The position numbers were made by a program, and so were the translations under genes. From Trichoplax adhaerens (lineage: Eukaryota; Animalia; Placozoa), in contig NW_002060973.1 in NCBI RefSeq assembly GCF_000150275.1, positions 62,001-126,000 on the forward strand: 64,000 bases of DNA, in the 5' to 3' direction. This document shows positions 26,498-39,300 of the stretch, in pieces (within the stretch, counting starts at the first letter, position 1; each line of letters starts with the position of its first letter). Below the pieces are notes generated by a model. The model made no database searches. It saw nothing but the letters and a program-made list of their open reading frames with translations, and had not been told where the DNA came from.

Positions 26498-29400
26498 TTT
26501 CTCAATTATTCAGGGCCCAAAAGTTTTCGAGATATTTTCTTCTAGCCAATCGATTTACTTATCGTAACTTAAGCCAAAAGTACAAACCCTAGGAAGAAGA
26601 CTCAATATTTAATACTGGTTGGAGCAAGGATAGAAAAAAGTTACATAAAATTATTATCAATCTTTAGGTAAATAGGTCGCTCTAAGTTCGCACCAGGTTA
26701 ATGCTGACTTGTAAAAATTACGACCTTTCTACTTATCGCTAGGCTACTGTTCGCAACAAATATTCTAAATCTCTACTTTAAGTAGTTTATGATTAATCAT
26801 AAAGTCATCATTTTATCGACGAGGATTTGATATTCTCTTAGTGGAACTACATTTATCTCATGAATTTGTAACCTTTAGTGTGCAATATTTTAGCGATTAT
26901 ACAAATACGTACATAGTCGGAGTTTTTAAAAAATTAACTTACTTGCTAAACAGTATGATAAAATGTCTACCACCGTGCCTTTACCAATAATATAATAACG
27001 TCATACAGGGCGAAATGTTAAGATGATGGGAATATTGGCAAGGAAACAAGTAAAATAGTGAAGGCGGCTAAGAAAAAATCTGAATGATCTTGTAAAATAT
27101 TGAAAAATTTCAGATTAAATTTTCAACAAGCATCTAAATAGATTTCATATCATCATATTGTAGCTTCAAATACGATCATTTTTTACAGGTTAGTCACCAA
27201 TAGGAAATGTCCACGACTTATTCAGGATTTGTATCGAAGGCAACGGTAAGTATTTGTATTATTGTTAAGATGTAGAGTAAGATATTCACTTTCTCCGAAA
27301 AGCTAAAAAAGGACGACAGTTTGAAGCAATACCTTGCTACAGCGATCAATGTGTTAACGCATCATTCGCATTGACCTGTGTACTCTGCTACATAAATAAA
27401 TTTTCCATCACAGGGACCAATACTGCAAAACAAAAACCGCATGGTGTCGTCATTCTATTCGATCCGACCAGCATTTTTCTTGAAAGTTCTCGACCAATGA
27501 ATACCGTTGGTTTGTACATCCTTCCTACAGGTAAGTGGCCACCAAGGAAGAGTAAACATCGGTAAACATGCATGCTATAAAGACTAAAATACTTAGCAAG
27601 CTATACTAATTTAATCAAAAACTTCAGTATTGTGACGATATCGATAAGATTTAGTAATTCAATTTCTGAGTAGTGCATAATTTATGCGAACGCTGTTCAT
27701 TAATTAATTATTCTAACTTACTTTTTTCCGGAATCGAATCCTAATGCACTCAGTATCTTGTAATGTATGATAATATTTTACTATTGCATACTTTAGCTGT
27801 GAGTAGACGATATTATGGTGGGTAGCATTAAAATTTGACGGTTAAATTTCTGAAATGCAATATGTTACACGCGCCTTCTACAGAATATTTCGTAGTAATG
27901 TGCAAGACTGCTCGAAGCATATTTGTATCTTTATGGGAATATTACTTCACTCGAGATAGAAGTTAAGATATCATTATCTTAACCAAGTTTAATGATAGGC
28001 TACCGCATGCTGAATGTATAGCAATTTGCATTTGGTCAATTTTTGTTATGTTGACTACATGATCACAAGGAATGATTGCAACACAATTTGAATTTAATCC
28101 ACTTCTAGACACGTTCCTGAGTTTTTTCTCCTTATTTCTCGGCGACCCGTAATTGCAGTTCCCCGATTTAAAAAAAAAGGGTATTGTTCTGCTGTATGTA
28201 TGGTATGGTATATTTAGTACCTACTGAAGAGATATTAACACAAAAATAAGTCCATACCTTAGTATCAAGGTACAATCCGATGAATGTTTAATATCAAAAC
28301 TATAGTAATTTATTCATGTTTTAAATCACTTAGTTGCCCGCATGTACACGCTATAGATTATGGTTATGTACTTGCATTCCATATGTATCTAAATTAAATT
28401 ACAATTTAACTAGCGTAAACATCGAAAATTTATGCTTAACTTAATTATACATCGGATAGTCATGCTTTTGGTAATTGCCAATATGACAATGATAGAATGT
28501 TTATATTAAATTTAGTAATCTACTATAGACATAATACTGCTGGGCTTTAGTTTTATATGTACCTTAATTATTGCCAAAGCTGTTTTCTATTAATATAACT
28601 CACTCTATCAAATTAGTATCAGCCGTAGTTTTAGCCAATAATTGCTTTCTTATAAATCTTTTATGACACAGCGGATATAAGTGAAGGCATAGCGGCTAAA
28701 GATTTCCCTGCTATTTATGCTTTTGCATGCAAATACTGTCAGAAGTGCAATACGTATGAAAAATTAATACCACCGAAAGGTTTGTAACATCGTGTTACTA
28801 GGGATCTTAAGGTGGCTATCTACAGTACCTTAAAACCCGTACATACGAATGTGTAGTTTTATAGAAAACGATAGGATACAAATTGAGATGACACAAAGGT
28901 AGACTTTTGAGACAGGTGATTGAGCAGCCATAAGGATTCTTTAGTTTACATAATGCAATTCTCATGTGTATTGACTTTGTAAAGAAAGTAATTTCTACAA
29001 ATTTTCGTTTTAAGCTCGTAAGCTAACACGCTAGGCAAAAGGAATTCGTTGTTTCAATCCGAATTGTACAAATGAACACATTGTTTATTTGCATGATCAT
29101 TGCGTACGTAAAATATGAATATAATTATAATTATAACTATTAAAACGACTTTTCCGTCATTATTGTTTTGAGAGCTAATTACTTTGCAGGCATTATATTA
29201 TGTTAATGAAGACGCCTTGTGCTGGATACAAATTTCTGTTAAAAAATTTCTTATTAAGGGTATTATTAGGGACAAATTTGTTATTTTTTCAGTACGCCAT
29301 GTATAACTGCTATAATATATCCACATACCAATGCTACCCTATCTGCTATAATTTTATCTTGCATGCTTGTAACATAAGATAAGCGTGTAGGGATGATTTT

Positions 29401-31876
29401 GACTACGTCGCATACTGAATATAGTCATTTAATCGATCTCGCATTCACGGTTTTATTATTTGATACTGTTGTAGGATGGCTTTCATCATGTTGGCAGCCT
29501 CGATCTACTCAAGATTAACCTTATTTCAGATTACTAACTCTTAGACCTATGTAATAGACGCTAATTTAATTACCGGAAAATATTAAATAATCACAATGAC
29601 CATCAAATCATACGTAATACATTTCACGTAATACCAAGTTGTGATGTCGTATGACACTACGGTCTAGACTTCTGTCATTGAACATAAATACAACATAAAT
29701 ATTTCCTTGAGCACTACGATACAGTATTAAGGCTATCATAAAGATTCAATGTAAATATACGGTGCATATACATATAAGTGTATACGCTATTAAAGAAGAG
29801 GGCACATTTTTGACAGTACTTAAGGTGACTCCGTTGATGATCAGCATTTTTTATTTTTCCCTCTATAGTAACTATCGATCACTTGTACATTTATTGCAAC
29901 ATAGTGATGAAGCTATTGTTAACAAAATTGTCCATTGAATTGCTTTCTGATACCGTATTAAAATATTCGTTAATAGTGGCTGTATCAGGAAGGTAACTCC
30001 GTTCTATGAAATCCGACTTATTTTTTACTGATAGGTAGCAATCACATAGTGAGCATATAATTGTCTAAGTACATGATTGAAAGTAACGAAAATATCCTTG
30101 TAGCACGTATTCCATATTCCAGACGTATGCTGGACCTGATCAACGTAGTGTTTAAATACAAGAATCTAAATGGATAAAAAATGATTTTACAGGAATTGCC
30201 ATGTAAAGTTATTTTATATTATACCTAGTTGCAGTTTACGCATTACTTAGTTTTCCTAAATTAAGTAGCATGTAGCCTTTAGTACGATAATTTCTCCACC
30301 AAAATTAATGAAGATTTTTTCCCGGAATATCACGTTAGTTATATAATATAGATTGTGAACCAAATTTCTTTAAAGATTATCTGAAATTGTCCGACTTAAG
30401 ACTCAGGTTCTGCACTCGTGTCCGTTGTAGTATATTATTAAAACATTACTTTCCTTTCAAGTGTCAACTGCTAATTTGAGTGAATCGAGCTTGAAAATTA
30501 TCATTGTAGTCGCAATAGCTTACCCTATCCACTTATTTTTGGGATATGTAAGTGTATTCGTTGATGGATTTACTACGTAGTCGAACATTCGGGTTCAAAC
30601 TGATGTAGCTATATTGCTCTCGTAACCAAGGCAGGCTCAGTACGGAAAATTTGTTTTCGCAGCATATGAAATCGCTTCACACCTAATTGATTCAATTCTA
30701 ATTTTATATGAAATCAAAACTATGTCAATATGTTGTAAGCCGGAGCGAAAATGTATCTAACATAGGAGTGAATGTTACTACTTTATTATTAATGTGGTGT
30801 GATTTAATTTGGGCGAATAATGTTATACACGGAAACTTTAAAACTGATGATATTCAAACAGTTATTGTTAAAATCCGAATACACGCAATTCGTGAAAGCC
30901 TATGAATTTTTCATAACTGTTATAGCACAGAGCAAAAACTGTTAGGTCTTTCAAAAACTATCGAATATTTTAACATCAGTTATTAGTACCCACGCAAATA
31001 ACATTAACGTAAGAAAATGATATAATTATAAATTTAAATTATTCCATATTTTGCTTTGTTATATATTATAACAGATACGATACTTAGCAAATTTATGTAA
31101 CTGATGCGTTAGCGAGCGCGACATTTTCATAAATATGTATTACGTAGCATGTGCTAAATATCAATAGTTATATAATGAAATCGTAATAGATAAAACCGCT
31201 TTCATACACAAAATCAGCGAAGGTTATAAAATGCAATTGTACTATTTGGAATCGTTGCAAAGTAAATAGTTACTTTTTTTATATGTAAATCCTACCGGAA
31301 AAAGTTTCTGTAGATAACTTTATAGCTAGCCTAAATGGCCTACAGTGTTGCAGTTGGTGAATAACATAGAAAATGGGGAAGTAATACTTCTCGTATTACT
31401 CCTAATTTGGCAAGTCATATAAAGTTAGTAATGTAATAGTATACACATAGGAATAATATTCTGCTGTCTGCCTTTTGATTATGTAATACGGTATAGCATA
31501 AATAAGATTAACATGAGTAATGTACTATTTTATAGTAAATGAAGAAATATTTTACAAAGCCTCTATAAGAATGCGTAATGCCTTAACTCAATGTTTTGTT
31601 GTGGTATTACACAAAATAGTGCATTTAAACATTAACATCGATCATTAACCCTAACGAAATGTCTTGATATAATCAATAAATTAAGACAATCGTTGTTATC
31701 GATCGTTAATGATAAATTACAAAATTGCTGCATTCCTTTAATCGAAGTGAGCATGATATTAAATATTCATGTGAAGCGGACATATCATTGTTTATATGTT
31801 CCATAATTTCACTTTAAAATTTGTATCATCAGTGAAATAGAAAATCGCTCACTAAGCATAGCTTTTTATCTCTTTC

Positions 31877-34800
31877 TTATACGAATGTGGAAAATGCGGA
31901 ATTATTTGGATTTATGGTGCTAGCTGGACTAGCAGGTCGGCTGTGGCGTGGTAACGATGAGGAATTTAAATGATTACTGCTGTTATATTGTGATCTGCTT
32001 TCGTATTTTGAATCCCCATATTCACCAATGAATGAGCCATCTTCATTGAATTTGGACAAGCCAGGTAAATCAGCATATTCATCCATACTATCTAAACTTT
32101 CTCGATCAATATCAGCTTGCTTAAAATCATTAGAAGTGTATGTTGTGTCGTGGGGCAATGGTGGTCTTTTGATTGGTATATCATCCATATCCTCGGCCGG
32201 TAACGGAGGTATCTCCGGTTTGTCTTCATCCTGAATGTTGATACGATGTTCTTGATGATGCAACGGATAGTGGCCTTTATGTACACCCTGACTCCTTTTC
32301 TTATAAGCTGATCTCACCAAAAAGATAATTATTAAAATGACTATTAACCCGCCAACCGCACTAACCAAGCCAATAAACCAAGGTTCCTGGTAAAATGGTA
32401 AAATTTGCTGCCCCACCTCCGGTTGAGTTTTAGCTTGAATTGCATTGCTTGGCAAGCTATAAGCATTCCTACTCCTTGCTACAACATGAAACTCATAACT
32501 TGTGTCTGCTGTTAAGCGAGTAACGATGGTTCTTCTAGTAGATGGATTTAATAGTAAAGTGATATTTTCGTGTGGCGATGTAGCAGTTGAAAGTCTATAC
32601 TGTACAATGAATCCATCTAATGGTACTTCTACTACATCCCATTCAATAGTTGCTGTTGTTATTGTTGTTGTTCCAACCAATCGCAAGTTAGTTGGTGCTT
32701 GTGGCCCATTGCCTTGGACGCTTATTTGCGTAGTGCGAGGTACACCATATCCGTTGGCATTTCGAGGCGTTACAGTAAAACGATAGATTCCAGTATTCAT
32801 ATCATAATAGTTGAAAGTAACTTCTGAGCCAATTGTGTGATTACTAATTGTTTTAACGACATTGCCTTCCACATCTACTATTGCGTAATCCACTTTATAG
32901 TGGACAATAGGCCCGTTGGTTACACTCGGTGTTGTCCAAATTAAACGAATTTGGCCTCTAATAGGTTCCGTTGCGGCAATACTACCTACACTCTCTGCGC
33001 AGCAAATTGATACGGATAAGTTAGTTATACATGTCATTTATTGAATTATACTTGATTTTCCTACAGTAACAATATAATGATATTGATAATAAAAATCTTG
33101 ATATGTTGCTTACCGGGTACAGGCTGTCCTGTGTAGCTCCAAACCATGTCAGAATAAGGTCCATCCCCACCTTCAGCGTAGGCATTAACTCGGAAGGTAT
33201 AATTAGCAAATCTTTCCAAATTATTAATAGTGACTTGACTAACATCTCCAAAGACGTTTATTGAGGCAATAGAGTTGTCGTAGATCCAATGTGAAACCTA
33301 TAATTTCAGATAATTAAAGTGAATAATTAATCATACGAATGTAATCAAAAAAGCCTGACTATAGCAAAGCTACTACTAATTACAGCCTATTTATTGCAAT
33401 CCTGTCCGCTAGAGTATCGTTATCACAGTTTTGTAACTAATATCTTCAATTCTGATGCCAGTGTGTAAAACACTATAATATTAGTGGTGCAGTCCGAGTT
33501 TTATACTCGGTCAGATAAAATAGTAATATTACGCCGATTAATATCAAACCGCATTAATACATTATTTTTATACTTTAAAGCGGGATCACAATATCTCCTA
33601 CCCTATATCCTGTGGCTGTCGACTGTGTAGAGGTGATTTTATTCCAAACTACGAAGACCCGATCAGTACTGATTAAGTAAGCTTTTAAATTTGTTGGAGC
33701 TGATGAAGGTGGTGCTATTCCAGTGAAAACCGAGGCGATTGGTGTCTTTATGTTACCTTCACCAACATCATTATAGGGAACAAGTTGAAATTCATATCTA
33801 GTATTTGGCAATAGAGCTGATAAACGAAAGGAGCCGGTGTTCCCTAAAGATCTGGACACCCATCCAGTTATACTAGCTTGGGTTCTATAATATAATCGAT
33901 AACCTATACCAGGTCCGTTTTGATGTTGTCTTGATAGTAGAACCCAAACAATTTGTACTGCGGTATTTTCATTGGCAATACCAAAAAATCGAACGCTACC
34001 AAGACCCTCATACGGCACATCTGTATCCGTAACATGATTAATACTAAGGCTATTTCGACTTATACCGACACCATTGACAGCAGCTACAACGATTTGATAG
34101 GTATTCCAAGGTGACAACTGAATACCGCGGTAGGTAGCAGAAACAGGAACATTATTATCAGCATCTCTCCAGACGCTAACTGAATTGACTAGATAACGTA
34201 TGATAAACTTTTGTAATGGGCTATTGTTAGAATTACCCGGCAGCCAAGAAATATACATTGAACTTTTAGTTTTATTTCTCGATGAAACATTGAACGGTGG
34301 ATCTGGTATGTCGTTGATAGTAATAGCAGCCGTTCTAGTACGACGTTCATAACCAACACTTGGGACTAATGTAGCGATATTACACGCGTAATTACCGCTA
34401 TCGGCTAAAGTACTGTTCACAAAAGTAAGTATGCTATTTAAGTTAGTAGTTTGAATTACTGCACGAGGATTTGTTACATTAGCTCCGTTAATAGTCCAAT
34501 AAATAGTGGCATCCAAAGTTGAATCTTTTGTAGCATTACAATGCAAAGTGAATGGGTTTGGACGGCGGAATGAACGTGAAGTTGGTGAAGTAACAAAGAC
34601 TGTACTATCTCTTACTACAGCGGTACCACTTGCATCGATACTACCACGAGTATTACTGGCAATGCAGCGATAAACTCCGGCATCACTCTGGTTAACGTTA
34701 CGGATAACCAAATTACCGTTCAAGAGTACAGTGTATTTATTGGTTGTTGCGAGATTTAATGCGACATTATCTTTCAGATAGGTCATCTTGGGACGAGGAC

Positions 34801-36133
34801 CTCCATCAACAGTGCATCGAAAAACAGATGATGAACCTTGAAAAAGAATTGTCTCTGGAAGGGGTCTTGCAATAAAATATGGCTGCGATTCAATAATATT
34901 AAGCCATCCTGATGTTACCAAGTTGCTATGAGAATTGGATGCTAAGCATGAATAGACAGCTTTATCGCTCTGTTCCAAATAACGAATTAAGAGTGAACCA
35001 TTATTGTACACATTATATTTACCACTATTTGGGACGACAGCCCCATTTTTGTACCATCTATATTGAACATTACTACCACCGGCACGACATGCCCACATGA
35101 AATCTGATAATACTGGTTGAGCGGTATCAGTAATACGTAATTCCCATGAGGGATCGATATGAATGGTTAATTGAGCCATTTTGGTCATAGGTGTACCACC
35201 GTTCATCGCTGTACATGAATAATTTCCGGCATCTTCCTTTCGAAGGTTAGTTATAGTTAACTGCCTTCCCCATTTATCGAATCGATATCTACCAAAGGGT
35301 AATGGGCCTCCTACCTTTTGCCACTGAATTGTAGGTATAGGAAAACCCGTAGCAATGCACTGGAGTATTACATCGCCGCCAATGTCGATTAGCTGATTGA
35401 TTGGCCCTTCAGTAATATTAACTGCTTCAGATGAAACTGATTGACCAGTAATATTTACGCTCTGCCAAGAACCAATGACGGTCGTTGAAGAGATAGTATT
35501 ACTATCGGGCCTTGAAAGAGGAAATTCTGTTGAACAACGTAATTCTTTAGTGTCATTCGACTTCGCATAAACAAAATATAAGTTACCCGTAACGATTGAG
35601 ATTGCAACTCGAGCATTTTCCTCGATACGCTGCGACTTTCGATCACTCCAAAAGATATTCCCCGGTCTTGGTGTTGTGCTAGGAGGGATAAAACAATCTA
35701 AATAGCCGCTTGCATTGGGTTTAATAAATTTATCTTGTGACGAATCTGATAGTGGTGTAAAGCGAACTTGTAATGTGGCTAGGCGACTAACACTAGTTCC
35801 GTATTGATTTGTAGCAAAACACTGATAGCTATTGCTTTCATCAGCCTTAATGACTCCAGTAAAGGATAAGTTGCCTTCACGCAATTGAACTCGCTGATCA
35901 AGCAGAACAGCCTGATTATTGCGTCTCCAAAAGTAAGTGATAGTATCAGGCCCAGTTGCCTTGCATGGCAGCGTTAAGCCACTATCGTGTGCTAATGAGA
36001 TTGCTCTTACTCCAGAGTAATCGGGTGGTTGAATAGTAAAAGTGGGGGCATTAACACAAGCAACTGGCAAAACACTTGCTGCTGTCACTAAGTGAAACAG
36101 CAAGATTGTGATGGACGATAATTTAATTGCCAT
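31877..36133 (-). CDS. L1CAM: L1CAM/neuroglian-family cell adhesion molecule (signal peptide, 6 Ig, 5 FN3, TM, ankyrin- and PDZ-binding tail), ~1277 aa
   Basis: ATG at 36133 (MAIKLSSITILLFHLVTAAS signal peptide). Exons 36133-33602 (GYR|gtagga, phase 0), 33297-33114 (VSHWIY...PVP G|gtaagc, phase 1) and 32994-31877. TM FYQEPWFIGLVSAVGGLIVILIIIFLV. The tail DSMDEY...KFNEDGSFIGEY matches the L1-family FNEDGSFIGQY signature, and the C terminus is STFV. The symbol is family-level. Confidence 0.95.
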
Positions 36134-36144
36134 ACCTTGAATTA

Positions 36145-36323
36145 CTAAAAATACAAGACAGCAAAAAATATTTAGTACTCTATCAAGGAAAAATCGCAAC
36201 CCCACAAAATTATTCTTAATAATCGTTATTATTAGTAAATTGAATCATTTGCTCAATGAAATGACGAAAGTAAAAGATTTTTGTAACTGATCAACTTCGT
36301 GTGAATCGAGTAATATTAATTAC
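36145..36323 (-). other. Probable 5'UTR intron of the L1 gene
   Basis: Donor TAG|gtaatt at 36324/36323 and acceptor gtattttag| ending 11 nt before the ATG. This suggests a non-coding first exon at about 36324-36480. Confidence 0.45.
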
Positions 36324-39300
36324 CTAAGAAACGAACAAAAGTTTTACGTGTTCTTAAAAAATTTTCTTTCTGCCTTTTCTGATTGTCCACAAATTCTACC
36401 GTTGTATTTCTGATTGTAAACGATAGATCCTGCGCGATTTCTTCGTTCTAAGGACTAGCGCTTTCCTTTCGGCGCGGTAATTGCTTCATTAAGTAGGGAG
36501 AAATATTATATTTTTACTTGGAAAATTGCACAACGCCAAGACGCTTTGACATCTAGCGTGGACAATTTGACGTAATGTCCATATGGTGAAGGGCAAAATA
36601 AATATCAAGAATGTTTAAACAGCGTCACCAGGTATAAATGCTCGGCCCAAGTTGACTTATATAAATGGATATGAGTAATCCAAATGTTAGCTTTTATCAC
36701 TCGCAATATTTCCAAATACGGCAACAATATATCACGTCTTAATGACTCGTTCGATTCATGGTAAAATCAATAAGAGAAATGATTGTATTAATATGGAAGA
36801 AGGAGAGTTGAAAAGTAGACGGTTATTACGAAATCGTGGTGATAAAATTTATTTAATTTTAGCTTTGGTCCAGATAATTCGAACGATCGCTATAAAATAA
36901 GTTTGACCACATTGAAGATGCACGCATCAATGCAGGTAATATAGTAGAATAGATCAGAAGTTATTTGACTTCCTTGTCAGTAAAATAAGGAACTAATAGG
37001 TTTACTAATTGAAAATGGAGTTTTCCTTGTAAAGTAAAGGAGTTACATAGAATTTGAAGATTTAATGAGAAAACGTAAATTACTAGGGTATACAATACGA
37101 TAATGCGTTGAATGTAGTCAATTTGTATAAAACAGTAATGTATTAATTGAAACAATGGCGTCGATTGAGGATAACTAGGTAATTCTTTTCCGACGTGATT
37201 TGATTGATAGCTGCTCATGAATATCAATAGTATTTATCATGTGGATGAAAACATTCCAAAGAAGATATTAAAGTGGTATCAAACAATAATGAACTGAATA
37301 GACAAAGTATTATCAATTGACTCAGACAGAGTGGAGAGGCACTTTTTCAATCTAACTTTTCTTGTTTCGCTAATGAGAAATTTCAATACAGAATTTGAAA
37401 GTTTGCACAAAAATCAGTCTATAGTATTGTAGACAAAGTAGTGCTACGATATTACTAATGATTAATTTTACTCTTACTTTAATGGTAAGTTTATAATAAT
37501 AACGGTTATCCACTTAATACGGCAAGGTAGTAGAGTATTGAAGTCACATTAACAATTTGGGCTTTCTCTACTCTGTCAGCTATGTTGGTGGGAAACAACG
37601 GTAGATTAAAATAGTCGCATTATAAGTACTAACTAGAGCGATTAAACTAGATAACAGCTCGCATTCATATTCTAGTTATGGCGGTTGATGAAATTGTTAA
37701 AATGACCAGTCCATTTTCAATTAGCTTCATTTGTTTTGAAATGTCTTTTTAGATCATAATGCCGAGACGTAAATTGCAGTTGGATTATGTCTTCCATTAG
37801 TCCGCCATTTTAAAGTTCAGACTAATTGAGTCATGTTACAGTTGCATTCGTGAAAAAAATTAAATTAAATTATATATCGTGCCCAAGTCACTGATTCACT
37901 ATTATAGACGGCAAAGGGGGATATTTATAATCTAATTAAGCGATACGACTTTCTTTGATCACTTCCCTCTGTGATTAAACGTAAAGAATTATGTACTGTA
38001 GTAATTGAAAGCGATCTGCCCTTATTAAAATTATGTTCTAGTATAGCAACAGTAGCAATACAGAAGTTTTTAGTCGATGATGAATCATCGACACATTCGT
38101 AAATTGCTCTCCTTGGAGCAATTATTATTAATAGTATCAGTGAAAAGACACTTCATGGAAAATAAATAGAATATTAGACTATTTTAATGAATAGTGTACC
38201 GATTGAATTCAGACCCAATAACGGATTATAATCAATATTATTATATAACAAAGCAATGCAGTACTAATGCGATCAAAAAATAGTACACAAAACAAAAGTA
38301 ATACAATGGCTTTTAATGGGGTAAAGATAGAGTTATGAATAAAGGAGATATTTCTTACTGCCTATTACCATCAGCGACGTGTAATAAGGCGCTTCTTCCA
38401 TCATTACTAAAATGATGTCCGATAAAATCTATTGTTCATAGCCAGACAATTTATATACTATATATATATTGTAAATTGAGTTAGGGCCGTGTCACCGTAG
38501 TGCTAGGGCTTTTTTGTTTCATGCATGTAATTTTTTACCCTATGATTTAAACCATAGTGAAATCATTGAAATAGAAAAGTCTTAAGGGTTCTACCATTTA
38601 TGATTTTAAGAATCAGCAATTATGCTGCTATTACTAGCTAACAAAACAGAATGATGTCATCACTTATAAAATAGTCACTGATTATTATGATAAGCATATT
38701 ATATAACTTTTATGTTTTATTAATTCACTGTTTATTTCATCAGATCTTGTTATAAAGCTTGCATAGAGATGTTAGATACAGCATCATCTACGCTTAAATC
38801 CTTCTACTTGGGTAAATCCCATTCGTTATTTTGCCTTATACGCTTGAGAATGACCATTAAGTTTAACTTTGACAAAATATTCGCTGTCTTCTCTGCACTG
38901 TTTAAAATCAGCACATATTTTAAAAGACTATATTACTTATGCCATAAGGGTGCTGCAGAGTACATGTATATTACTACAACAAGAATATTTCCCTTTTTCA
39001 AATTTACACTGATTAGGATGGCTGTTAATGTATACGGTATTAGCTACATCGCTAAATTATTATGCCACATTTAATTCTAGTTAGCACAGTAGCCCTGTTA
39101 TCAGACTTTCACTTCGTAAATTTTTTCTAGTAAAGAATTCGATTGAGATGGTGTCCATGCCATGAGATGATGGGTTGCCAATGCTGCTGGTGAATTAAAA
39201 TTTTGTTAATTGCGGTGTATTTTTATATAATTGCCTAGTAGAAAGCTATGAAATGCGATGATTATCGTATGATCTATCTTTTTACGGTTACAAAGCGCAG

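Noticed and set aside
34330-34580. RxxR furin-like motifs (RSFR, RRTR) flanking Ig6 of the L1 protein
   Set aside because: They fall in predicted beta-strands, are not shared as such by the paralogue, and are not at the FN3-3 site cleaved in vertebrate L1.
36134-36205. Longer N terminus of ORF 33575..36205
   Set aside because: It starts at a GTG in probable intron sequence. The ATG at 36133 gives a proper signal peptide.
38073-38122. Short palindromes GTCGATGATGAATCATCGAC and AATTGCTCTCCTTGGAGCAATT
   Set aside because: Stems of 8-9 bp are too short to interpret in AT-rich DNA.
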